A stretch of 64,000 nucleotides of DNA from Gnetum montanum (lineage: Eukaryota > Plantae > Gnetophyta): positions 186,001 to 250,000 of the forward strand of contig MNCI01001543.1 in NCBI GenBank assembly GCA_015680685.1, given 5' to 3'. The translations under genes were made by a program, and so were the position numbers. Of the stretch, positions 52,400 through 64,000 are shown piece after piece (the stretch's first letter is position 1; the number at the start of each line of letters is the position of its first letter). Under the pieces are notes generated by a model, which saw nothing but the letters and a program-made list of their open reading frames with translations, was not told where the DNA came from and made no database searches.

Positions 52400-55300
52400 A
52401 TGGCACCAAAGGTGAAAGGGAATAATGCCAAATTGGCAAAGATTGACGAAGTACAGGAGAGTTTGCAGTGAGTTTCGTAGGCCAGAGTTGAGGATTGAGA
52501 GGTTACTCTGCTTAATCGGTAAGTCTCTGTTCACCCTTTTGCACTATTGTTATTCTTGTTGCAGCGTCGTGGTCGTATCTATTTTGAATGTGTATGTTGT
52601 GTCAGGCGTTAATATCTGTTTACAAAGATTGAGCTATTGTAGTTAGTTATATTACCCTTAGAGATGGACTTTGTATTGTCACGAAGGTTTGGGTAATATT
52701 GAGTAATACTACGCAGATGTAATGTATAAATGGAAAAATCTAAGTATTGTATCCATGCGTAGCGTAATCATGGTTTTGTTTTCTTTTATTTTTCTCGTCT
52801 GTAATAATTACATGTTATGCTGGAGTAATACGCAGTGTTGCTTTCATTGCTGTTTTCAGGGACAGACCTTGAGCTGTTGCAATGATTTTGGCTTTCCAGT
52901 ATAATCTGTAATTTTCTGGAGATCGAGAGAACCCTAATGTAGTGTGATGAACGTTCATGTCTAAATGGTTTGTCTAATAGTAATGTGTTTTTTATTATAC
53001 AGTATTATGCTAAAGCCCATCCTAATCATTTTGGACATCATGGGCATTCTATGCTGCTTACATAGTCCCGTGGCCAATGTTCCTCCTCCTCACGCTCATA
53101 TAAAGGAGGAGGCGGTATGGTTCCAAAGGGGTGCACAGGAGTTCTTGTAGTTTTTTCTTCATAATTACAGTGTAATCATATGGTCACATCTACCAGGAAA
53201 TATAGCTACTGCTATTTTAGAGACGCTACTAGTTGGGTCGATGCAAAGCATCTTGACATTCTTGACAGACGACGCTATTGAAACTGTGCAAGTGCAAGAC
53301 CGCGAATAGAGTGCCAAAGGTTTGAGGCGTTTGAGTTGGATTTGAGAGATGCCCAAGTTTAACTGTTATCATGCCTACAACACTCTATTCATCACCCGTC
53401 ATCTCACAACCTACTTTTAGAATCCTCCTGGTATCGTGTACTATGCAGGCGGGTAAGTTTTTGTTCCTTTCATGGTATTGCAATATGCTAACTACTGTTT
53501 AAATTTGTATTGAGCGTAAAGAATTTGCCTATCCTCTATGGTGTAGATTCTTCATCAATGACAGTGGTCTACTGGGTGATAACGATACATTGTCTTTGAC
53601 CGAAAGGGACATAAAAGAATTTACTTCCATCAGCAATGTACGAGCTGGTGTCATGGGATAAGTGGCCTTGGAAATCCCAGAGTATCCTATCCGCTATGTC
53701 GATTTCTTTACCAGATGTAAGAAACTCAGATGGCTAGATAGGGAGTGGACTTTGGACCCTCCCCTCACCGTCGTAGAAGTGCAAAGGAAAATTCCTACAT
53801 TTCCTTTGCCATTCGGGCCTGGTAAACTTTATTATAATGATCAATTGTATAATGTTATTAGCTGGAAATGATGTATAAAGTTGTTTTATTTTTTTGTTTT
53901 AACTATTATTTTATGTTGACAGTTAGGGAATCACGAGAAATTACGATCATGGCCTCTGATCGTGAGGCAAACAGTCTCTTCTTTCGTTACGGTGATATAA
54001 AGGACACACAATGCTGGCTTGGCCATAGAGCGACCCCAATTGTGCTAACCAATAACCTTTGGGAAGCTAGACTAATGGACCTATTTTTAGCCATAACCCC
54101 CGATGTCACTGCAGGTGAAATGTTGACACTAGTCAACTCCTTCAGCGAAGAAGCTGAGCGTCTTTGCATAAGCGTGTGTAATGTGCATGCGAATTTTGAC
54201 ATCGACGCTCAACTGTTCATCGATCTCTTTGGTGTCCCCTCCGATGGGCTTCTTATAGAGGAAAAGTCAAAAAGTAGTTCCAAGTATCAGCCTGAGATAG
54301 AGGAGTGGCTAGGGATTAAGAAAGAGGTTAAGGGAATCCCTGCTGACAAGATTCAATTGGAGGTGGCCCATACTATTTACCGCCTTTTTCAAGCTTGGGC
54401 CTTCCCCAAGACACTCTCCCAAGGGAGATTCCTCACCATAGAACATGGCTGGATTATGTGAGAGGTCATGGAGGAGGAAACACGGTTCAATTGGGCCAGC
54501 TATTTTGCTACAGGCTTGCGCATTGAAATGGTCAGGCTTTGCAAGAAGCTTGAGTCCCGTTTCAATGTGCATTTTTCCTTCTTCATAGCCTGCTTCCAGT
54601 ATTTTGCTAGATTTCTGGTAGTCCAAAGGAATGGAGTCTGGGTGCAGCAAGACCGTAGCCAGATTTCTAAACCGTGGATTTCCCATGTTTTCGGCACTAC
54701 CCGGTTGCAAGACCCTCCTGAAGGAATCAGGGAGTCGTTATCAGTAACAACTAAAAATATGGTAGTGCCTCGAACATGGGGTCAATATAGCATGGGTGGG
54801 GTGCTCCCCACTTACACCGATGATGTGTCGAGGGGGAAGTGCCTAGTGGCTGAAATAGTGGATTCATCAGTGCAATGGAAGAAGCCTCATTTGACCAAGG
54901 AACCTGCTGAGCCAGCAGGGGGTGTGGGGAAGAAGATGTAGGTCAGATTTCAGAGGAGTAATCCTCCAGCTGGTAAGTAGAGAAATGTATTAATGATTAT
55001 GGTTATGTTGTGTAAAGATGTTGTTGCATAGTGTAATGTTTGTTGAGCAAGAGTGAAATCCTGTGTTAACTAACTATGTCGTATGACAGCAAAGAAGAAG
55101 CTTGTGGAGCGATTGACCCCCGAAACAGGGGCTATAATTTTGCGGCATGGAGAAGGGGCCCTGGTCTCAGAAGAAGAGGCCCCAGTCAATAAGGTGAGTG
55201 GTGCACAGGCTCTTGTGCATGAAGAGGAAACAACAGTGGAGGATGTCGAAGTCCTTTCGGTTGGGACTGGAAAAGGTAAGTGATCTGTCGCTTGGTTAGT

Positions 55301-56780
55301 TTAACTATTACAGCATACTAGACTTTAGACAACTATTTCTGGAAGTTTTACCAATCATCGTAACATCTCTATTATTTCTTTATATGTGATTTATCCTACA
55401 TAATAGGTGATCAGAATGTATGCTTGTCAGCGGTGGTGACCCGATCTTGGGGCGAATTTCCTGATAAATTTACTTTTATGGAAGGCGTTGTCAGCGATAT
55501 GATCAGTCGCTTAGAGTGAATCAATCCTGAAGCCGGTATGTTACGATCATTACGCAGGGGTTATTTCATTGTGGCACTATGCTACCTAATTACACCTAAC
55601 CACCATTTTATGTCATTAGGAGCTCACCTTAGATGGGATCCGTCAAAGACTATTGACTTAGACGCTACCGAACCTCCATTGGAAGCGACCTTCATATCAT
55701 GCAACATTTACAATGAGATGCATAAATGTGTTGTATGCTTGAATCACTCCTTATGGAAATGCCAAAACGTGAATGAAGACCTTTGGAAGAGACTGCAAAG
55801 GTCATAGAAGGAAATGGTGGCTCTAAGTGATGAGGTTGGGGATTTGAGGTCGTGGAATGAATTCTTGTAGGCCCAGGGAACTAACAATGAGGACTAGAGA
55901 ACAGTTGTTGCTAACTATGCCTGTTATTGGACGATTTTCAGGAATAGTGTCTAGACCAACCGTGAACTAGTCGAGCAATGAATGCAAATGGATCTCGTAG
56001 CTCAAAAAAATCAAGACTGGAAGGACTTTAGCGCCAGTGTCCAAGAATGGGGGCAGATGCAGAAAGACCATAAATATGTTTATAAATGGGAAAGCGCTAC
56101 CTGCCGTCAATATTACAAGGAGTCTGCCATTGAGGCTTAGTCCCTTCAGCTATTCCTCGATTTCATTGGTGCTTCCAGAGCATTTGAGAAGTTTCAGGAG
56201 CAAGTGACGGTGAGTGCCTCTCCAGAAAGGGAAATGACCCTTCCTGGGTGTGAGACTACCATCCCTTCTTTCTTCCCTGAACCACCCCGATGGACTCCTA
56301 TGGAGAAGGGGAAGGTTAAGGCTAGAGCTAATCTAGGGGATGGGGTTTGGTCTGAGCTAACCGAGGATGAAATTATGCAACGTCTATGGGTTGGCCTAGA
56401 ACAAATCCCATTTTCTACCGATGTAGGACCGTCACAAGTAAATCATAGTATTATTGTGTTTATTTTTCTGTCATACCTATTTTTGATGGCGATGTTAATA
56501 TGCATGTCATGTCTAATCGTAGAAGCGACCTGAGGAGGATCCTCAGCAGGATGGACGTAGTGAAGGTGACAGTCCTCACGAAGAGGGTCTACAGGAAATA
56601 GAGCGTAATAAAGATGATCAATGCTATGGCACGCAACCCCATGTGGAAGAGCCTTGCAGAGAGGGCCACCTTCATGAAGAGATTCCTCATGAAAAGGGTG
56701 GCCCCTATGAGGATGATTTGCTAGAAGTAGATGTGGAGTTTGGAGATACGGGAGACAGTGGGGACAAGGGTGATGCATAG
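52400..56780 (+). pseudogene. Antisense multi-exon gene inside F: FCP1/NIF-like HAD domain + PMD/Transposase_32-like domain + coiled-coil-like region + acidic tail
   Basis: Exons 53003-53452, 53547-53821, 53923-54972, 55090-55275, 55431-55535, 55620-56437 and 56523-56780 are joined by 84-155-nt GT-AG introns in matching phase with no frameshift. Probable exon 1 is 52400-52518 (MAPKVK..). About 14 in-frame stops. Confidence 0.8.
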
Positions 56781-56958
56781 CATGGATATATTAGTCAGGG
56801 TTTTATTGTGATGGAACAAAACAAAAGACAGTATTTTTTTAACGTATTTAATACAAATTTTGTTGCTGATTTGATTGTCTTGAGTTTAATGTTCTTTTGT
56901 TGTTTTTGTTTTATGCAAAGCATAAATGAATAGGTTTTAACGTGATGACAAATCGCAG

Positions 56959-57113
56959 TTAGTTTTAAGCATGTAGCGTAAATGGATTTACTAGTTTAAA
57001 GCCATTGCGGGCCACTAAATAATTCAGGTGCAAAGCGTAAATGAGATCACTAGTTTAAGGTCATTTCGGGCCTTCACTAGTTTTAGGCCATTTCAGGCCT
57101 TCGCTAGTTTTAG
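56959..57113 (-). repeat. Second stem-loop motif array, 3' of F gag-pro
   Basis: Minus strand GGCCTGAAATGGCCTAAAACTAG, GGCCCGAAATGACCTTAAACTAG, GGCCCGCAATGGCTTTAAACTAG. Confidence 0.8.
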
Positions 57114-57136
57114 ATAAGGGTAAGAGTAGGGAAGAC

Positions 57137-57385
57137 AGCTAGTGGAAGCGTAAAGATATGCGTAAATGTAATGCGAATAGCTGGTGGAAACGTAAAGATA
57201 TATGTGAATGTAATGAGTATAGCTGGTGGAAATGTAAAGATATATGTGAATGTAATGAGTATAGCTAGTGGAAACGTAAAGATATACGTGAATGTAATGA
57301 GTATAGCTGGTGGAAATGTAAAGATATACGTGAATGTATGTAATGAGTATATCTAGCGAACGTAAATAGAATAGCTGGTGGAAAA
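57137..57385. repeat. 42-bp tandem repeat (~5-6 copies)
   Basis: GCTGGTGGAAA(C/T)GTAAAGATATA(C/T)GTGAATGTAATGAGTATA units. Confidence 0.9.
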
Positions 57386-57429
57386 GTACACAAAGACTGC
57401 ATGATAGTTAGATAGCACAGTTCATCTGC

Positions 57430-60400
57430 TAACTCTGTAGTTTTTTCTTAATTGCTTTCATCTTTAATGATGCGTAAGGATGGCGAGATTTATGACTCTA
57501 TTCCTTCATGTCACAATCTTCTTCTTGGAATGGTAGTTCGGCCCAAGTTAGTCTATCATCAGCCACTATTTTGGCTTGTTCGAATGTTTGTACAAGGGAT
57601 TGCTCTTCGGGAATTTCGATTTCCAAACCCTATTCTGTTTCTACGTTATTGACAGCCTGAGGGGTCATTTCGTCACCATGGATGACCACTTACCCTCCTA
57701 TGTAGGGTAGATGGATCTCCTGATGGATAGGTGATGAAACTACCCTCAGTTGAGCTAACCAAGACCTCCCTAGGATTAAATTGAATACAGGCATCTCCTC
57801 GACGAAAATAAACATTGTGTCTGTGGGGAATTGATCCCCTTCCACAAAGTTGATGTCGATCGTCCCCTTGACTTGCACTCATGCCCTGTTGAATGACTTT
57901 AGACATGACATCGTTGTAGGACTGATTTGATCGATCAGGCCTAGTTTATCCACTATGGGATATGGGATGATGTTAGTGGTTGCCCCATCGTCTACATGTA
58001 CTCTCCAGATTCGGTATTGGCCAACCTGGATGGTGATGAACATGGGCGTCGTTGTCACCTGACCCTTTTTTGGATCATCCTTAATGGATTCTTCATGAAA
58101 GATCAACAGGGTAGGCTCAGGTTTTTCAGTAGTGAGGGGAAGCATAACGAAATGAATCACTTCTTCATCTGCTGGCAAGCTTTCGTTCACAGGTATGGAC
58201 ATTAGCATATGAACCATGGCCTCATGGTGTTTTTGCGATGTCATGAGTAAGTCATAAAGGCTCAATGTTGTATTTTTTTGTTTTAGAGCCTATTTGACTT
58301 GTGTAAAGGCATCAAAGAGATCCCACCCATGATCTGGTTGTTTGACACCCTTTTCCTCTTCCATTCACCCCAAGAGGCAAATTTCTCGGGGAAGAGTGGT
58401 ATCTGGTCGAGGACTGTGTTTTTTTTTTGTTAGGAGGAGATGGTCATGCTTGTGTAACTTCGTTATTTTTAGGAAGTGGGGCTAAGGGCACAGAAGCAAA
58501 GGATTTAGGCTTGGGAAACCCCAGCATAAGACGGTCCTTGGCCGTATCAGTTTTCATACCTTCTTCTCCCTTTTTGTTAAGTTGGGATTGCAGGGTTAAT
58601 TTGGAGATTTTTCCCTACATAGGAGTGACAGCTGATGGTTTTGGCACCCTAATGACAAAGGGTTCTTTAGGCGTAGGTGCAGACTGGGCTGCAGCTTTAC
58701 CGACAGCGGGCTGTTGAGCAGTGGTCTGAGAGGAGGTTCAGAGGACAAAAGGTTACCTTGGACCACCACTCGTCAATGTTGATGGACTTATTGTTTGGGG
58801 CAGACGAGGGGGCATTCGTAACACAAAAGGCTACTTCGGCTATGCCTGACCATCACCCTCTTCTCCTACCACATTGATTGTGTACCCTGCATTATTTACA
58901 TTTGATGAGTCTCGGTACACATGCATGGCTTGGTTTTCTAGGCATGCTGGACTAATGATGTCTAAAATCAGGTCACCTTGATCGATCAAATGTTGAATGT
59001 CATCTTTCAACGCCCACTAGTAATCTGTGTCATGACCACACAATTGATGGTAGTCACAAAACCGGTCTAGCCTAAAGTTCTTGGGAACTGGCGGCTCGTT
59101 AGGTTGGGCCAAGGAGGGGTTCTTGAGTAGCTTGCAATGGTGCCTATGGCATTTCAGAGCTTCCTTGGACATTGTCTTGTGTCGGATGTGGCCAATTACC
59201 AATAATTGCTTCAGAAGTTCTGAAGGCTTTATAGGTAGGATCGCGTAATTTGAGCAATCCTTACGCTCAAACTTAGGCCTCAGCTGCAGAGGTGCTTTAG
59301 GGGCAGAAGGAGTTTCTTAATTAGCATCACTTGAGCTATTTGTCAGCTCAGCAGGCTCCACAGGTGTTTTCTTGTTGTTGTTTTTCTTCTTGGCCCCTTT
59401 GGCAACTGCCACTACTGTCATTGTAATGGCTTTGCCTTTGTCCTTACCCTTGCTGTGGGCATTTTTGTAGACCACATACGTTGGATCTTTGCTAGCCTCT
59501 GTCACTTCTTGGATGCTCTTAGTCTAAGCAAAGTATTGGCTGAGGGAGCAGGGAGCGAGGTAATATAGCTTAGACTTGATAAAGTCATTAACTGTCCCTT
59601 TGAAGATTGCCAATAGATGGGCCTCTGCAATGGGTTCACGGATTTCATTCAAGGTAGCGCTCCACCACTATATAAACTTTTGAACCAACTTGAGCGGGTC
59701 TTGCTTGACTCCCATGAGTTGGTCCAGCGTGACTTCCGACTTCAAGTTGTACTTGAAATGAGTCACAAACTAAGTTAATAGCTCTTCCAAAGTTGAAATG
59801 GAAGCATGTGAGAATGCTCGATACCAGTCCAAAGCTTTACTTGTTAAGGACATAGCAAAGACACGGATGATAGTATGTGGCCATTGTTGAAATAGTAACA
59901 ATTTTGATATGAAAGTAACTAAATGGGCATTGGGATCACCTTCCCCATTATATTTCCTAAAATGGGGGATTGGCAACCCAGGCGGTAACGATAAAACAGG
60001 CACTACCAGGCTAATAGGATCTCCATGGTAAAAATCCATGACTTGTACTGGGTCAGAACCAGTAACCTTCAGACATTTAACCTCATCTGTAAGGGTCTGA
60101 ATAAGCTGAAAAGCTTGATCCAGACCCGTAGATGAAGAGGTCATTTATGGAATGACAGGAGGAGCTATGCTGGGTGGCAGAATAGGGATGGCCATTGCCG
60201 GTTGTGCCATTGGATACACTGTTTGTACATCTGGGTGTACAGACAATGACCTTTTTTATAGGGTTTAGTGGCCACGGGATCTGGCTTTGATGAAGGGGCA
60301 AATGGGATATTTGTGTAGGTTGCGCAGAAAGAGGCATGTTTGGAACCCACCATGCTGTAATGGCGAGCCTTGTCATGTGAGTCGGGATGAAGGTAGGTGT

Positions 60401-61098
60401 TGTAGGTAATTACGAAGTAGGTATCACGTGTACATGCAGTGACATGGGCGTAGGTGCATGATGAGATGGATTAGGTAATTGCACCTGCTGAGGTATGATT
60501 TGTGACGAACCTTCACTCGGAAGGATAGTCAAAGAGAGAGAAAATGTAGGCACGGCAAATGTGGGACTTGATTAGTATTAGATAATGTTAAAGGCATGGT
60601 GACCATGAACAACGAATTTACGTGGGACGTCGTGGAGGGAGGGGCCATGGTGAAATCAATGTGATTTCCTCCCTCAGAGTGAGAGTCTAGATTATCTTTC
60701 CCATCATAAAGCGTTTCATCATGGAACAACTCCTCTAGTTGTTCTCGCAATGTCTTAGCCATCACCATTTGATCTAGGATCCACTTTTGTTAATCTGTTA
60801 GGGGTACAGTGGTGTTAGGCGAAGGAATAAATTCCTTCCCGTTGCAGTACATGAACTCGTATTCTCGTTTTTCCTCAAATTCTTGTGGATACATGGGTAG
60901 GTTTGCTGCTAGTTTAGCACAGAGGAAATTGTAGTGTTCCCTGCGCTGAGCATGTCCCTCAGGCTCCTTGTTTTGCAGCCTGAGGGAGTGGCGTGGTCAC
61001 ACCGAACTAATTGGTGGCTCGACCATAGGAGGCGTAACTTGCATTGTCCAAGGATTCTCAAGGTTGGCAGTGTCAACAACGGTAGTTGATGTAGTCAT
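57430..61098 (-). pseudogene. gag: Element F gag-protease ORF
   Basis: MTTSTT..RHSLRLQ, IPHFRKYNGEGDPNAHL, FCDYHQLCGHDTDY, RVHVDDGATTNIIP, FNLILGRSWL, then a short tail and a stop. Confidence 0.9.
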
Positions 61099-61330
61099 TC
61101 TCTTCGCAGTTGGGAAGTAATGATGGTAATGATAAAGATCGCAAGGACAAAGGCAAACTAATGTAATAATTGGGGCTTTCTATCTTGTAGGATTCCAAAC
61201 GAATCGTCGAAGCAGCCGATATGCACCACACAATCCCGTAAATAACCTCAGGGGTATTACGTTTACGTTGATTGAAAATGGGTATAGACAACTTACAATA
61301 CTACCCGTAAAGTGCGGATCGGATATGAAG

Positions 61331-61348
61331 GCCCTCCTTCTAGCGCCA
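61331..61348 (-). promoter_or_regulatory. Element F PBS (tRNA-Asn)
   Basis: TGGCGCTAGAAGGAGGGC, 6 nt from the LTR end. Confidence 0.85.
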
Positions 61349-61354
61349 AAAAAC

Positions 61355-62829
61355 TGTAACGACGGAAAACATTTGTCGCTGGAAATACCGAGCAGGAATC
61401 CGTGTACATAGTTCTAACCCTAGATCTGTGCGAGGACCGTGCTGGAGAAAACGAATCTGAGGTGTCTTGAATGGTCTTGTCGATCAGACAGGGACTTACT
61501 TGATCAGTAAACATTTTGTGATATTTGGATGACAAAATGACAGTTCTTTATGAGAAGATATAATATTGTTAACCTCGAAGGTAATTGAAAACGATGTAAT
61601 CGATTTAAAACGATTTGCAAGATCCATATACATAGGACACAAGAGATCGGATTTAGAACACGGGCAATTCCAAGATCTCGGATTTAACTCACAAGAAAAA
61701 TATATTGGATACAATGATTACAGGAAGACTTCGATTTAGGCGAAGCACATGCCAACAACAAGAAAGCTATTTAAAGACAAAGCAAGCAAAGGTTGATCTA
61801 CCTTCTCTTGGCCAATCTAGGTACAAGGAGGTCAGACCTGAAGCAAAATATCCGTTAACCAGCTATTTATGATCAAGGATTCTTGCCAATCACCTCTGAT
61901 GTTCTTACAATCACTGATCTTCTTTCGTTCTCTTGTCAATCCTTGCCAAAAGTTGCCAATGATTTCCAATGGAAGGAAATTGCTCACGAAGAAAATTTGT
62001 CAATCTTCGAAAAAAAATTTCCAACCCCTTGATCTTTGTCAAATGGAATATTTATAAGGTTAGGGTCAAAAGAAAAATGTAGTTTAGATGACACGTGTCC
62101 TGAACCTACAAGATGTCGTTGACTTGGTGCGATTGTGTTTGAAGCTCGCAGCACCACGCTATAATACGCTTTGCGGCGTAATGCGTCGTAAACCACTCTT
62201 GTTGGAACTTTGGCGATAAATTATTTTTTTGATTATGCTGCATCATGCTAGATTATGCTGCGTCATGCTAGATTATGCTGCGTAGCTTAATTCAACGTAA
62301 AAAAGAGAATCTACAAAAATTGAAGTGTTGTCACTGCACTTCCTTTGTTTCTGTTTAGTTCTTTTGGGGTTCATTACGCTACATTGCGTAATGTAACGTA
62401 ATAGGCCCTTACCCGAAGAAGAAAAATTGATGATATGTGCGGCATGCTGCAGATCATTGCTTAAGCCTTGAGATTTTGCTAGGTTGTCGTCGTCCTGAAT
62501 TTTTGCCATCTCTATTGTTGCGATGGACCACCTTCTGGCATTACGCTGCGTAACGTGACGTTACGCTATGTTGCGTAATGCAACGTAATATGCCAAAAGT
62601 TAAGATTTTCGTAACATAACATAGAAAGCTTGCAAAGTTGAAAGCTTGCCATTGTGCATCCCTGGTCTTGTTCTGTCCTCTGGAGTTCATTACGTTGCGT
62701 TGTGTATCATGGCCAAGTAGACCCTTAACTGAAAAGAGAACTTGTCGGGCCGCGTCTTGTCACAAATCTTTGCCTAAGTCACAAGATTTTTCTGAACCAT
62801 TGAGGCCTCAAAATTTTCACAGTGTTTCA
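61355..62829 (-). repeat. Element F 5' LTR (1475 bp) with TATAAATA at 62049-62056
   Basis: TGAAACACTG..GTCGTTACA, followed by the PBS. Confidence 0.93.
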
Positions 62830-62834
62830 CTTAT

Positions 62835-64000
62835 AAGTAGCTTGGTGGATCCCACAGGACCTAGGATCAAAAATTAATCAAGAATTTAACCTTCAAAAAT
62901 TTGTCAAACCTAGATTTGGTTCCACATGCTAGGGAAGTCTTTCCCACATGCTAGGTTAGCATTTGAAGTAGCATGTGGGACTCTAGCAAGGTATAAGCTT
63001 GATCAAACTTGTCCATACACTACTCAAAATGGTTGAAAAAGCCCTAAACTAGCATTGTGCAGCCTAGATGTAGTCAAACAAGTCACAAACCTAGTCAAAA
63101 TTCCCTACACATTACCAATCCCACACAATGTGGTAGTATGTTTTGATCCATACGCTAAGAATCCAAGTCCCACACAATATGGCAATCTATGGGACAAAAA
63201 ATAACTAACTTCCTTCTCCAAACTTGCTCATAAGTTACTTAGTGAACCATCCCTCCCCCACAAAATAATATAGAAATAATAATAAAAATAAAAAAAATCC
63301 ATACATTGTGTGAGAAAATTGATGAGAGGATTGATTGAATAAATTGTAACTAGACTTGAAATTGATCTTGGAATCCCACATGTTGAGAGTCTAGGTCCCA
63401 CACACTGTGGACATGCCACATGATGTCCACATGTTGTGGAAATTGTCCCCACACACTAGAGATAGAAACTATTGGCTTTTCACATCTTAATTACATCTAA
63501 TGTTAGCATGTTTTCTTTTAGTGTTATTTGTCTTTATTTATAGGTTTGGATAGATGAATAATGTTGAAAACTCCTATGGCCTACAACAAGTGACTCTACA
63601 TGACCTTATATATCTTTTTGGCATCTGAAAACAATTCAAATTTTATATGAATTTATGAGCATGAAAAAAGTTATCATGTTCTACCAGTTGTAACCTATGA
63701 TGGCCTATATTTGCTTGTAACATTTTGTGATCACATGTATTCCTTAACTTTTTTTCTTGTATACTTGGAGTTGTGCTTGCAAGATGAGCCTAAAGGCATC
63801 ATAAAGGTATAACTCATTGTAACAATGAGTTGCTGCAGAACCTGGATGCATGAGATTTAGTTATCTTGTTCAATCTTGTTAACAGTACCTACCTCGCATC
63901 ATCCCTATTACCCCTCCTAAGCTAGAACCCCTTGACTAAATTATAGTCTTCATTACCTTTCTAACAATGAAAACCTATGTTTGACATCCATGCACCATGG
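62835..64000. mobile_element. Continuation of the element G internal region
   Basis: Same CCCACATG/CATGTGGG motif-rich sequence as 44340-45398, on the other side of the F TSD. Confidence 0.6.

Larger units (their letters stand above)
45404..62829 (-). mobile_element. Element F: full-length (17.4 kb) Tat/Ogre-like gypsy LTR retrotransposon with split gag-pro / pol and an internal antisense gene
   Basis: TG..CA termini, 5-bp TSD CTTAT (45399-45403, 62830-62834), two LTRs, Asn PBS, PPT, and RT-RH-aRH-INT order. Confidence 0.95.

Noticed and set aside
52860-52967. Putative exon 2 of the antisense gene
   Set aside because: A good acceptor at 52859, but the in-phase frame has four stops and the next intron would be only 35 nt. 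Left unresolved.
52400-56780. Interpretation as a resident host gene
   Set aside because: It lies wholly between F's LTRs and TSD and shows the same stop-codon decay as F's gag and pol
57171-57356. Repetitive 61-aa ORF
   Set aside because: By-product of the 42-bp tandem repeat

Overview
No host gene is evident. The window is plant-type heterochromatic DNA made of nested, mostly decayed retroelements, with premature stops mostly attributable to C>T/G>A decay. The lineage mix suggests a non-angiosperm such as a gymnosperm (inference). Elements from left to right: (A) 3' part of an Athila-like Ty3/gypsy element (+, 1-11280). (B) An old AT-rich Tat-type gypsy element (+, ~11300-33000) with an archaeal-type RNase H between protease and RT. 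B is interrupted by (C) a gag-only SIRE/Copia-like remnant (-), (D) a gag-only Athila-like element with a TTCAC TSD (-, 18674-24759) and (E) a rearranged Tat/Ogre-like element (+, 25263-31691). Next come a 5'-truncated RTE-X-like LINE (~33200-34390) and (G) an old Tat/Ogre-like element (+). Inserted in G is (F), a 17.4 kb full-length Tat/Ogre-like element (-, 45404-62829, CTTAT TSD). The highlight is F. Its gag-protease and RT-RH-aRH-INT ORFs are split by ~5.5 kb containing an antisense, multi-exon gene of ~1,050-1,100 codons. That gene encodes an FCP1/NIF-like HAD (probably pseudo-)phosphatase domain, a PMD/Transposase_32-like domain, a coiled-coil-like region and an acidic tail. Both sense ORFs are followed by arrays of a covarying stem-loop motif, GYC-N6-GRC-NWWAAACTAG, and the same motif array follows gag-pro in G. 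All domain calls were made by eye from motifs; no database searches were run.
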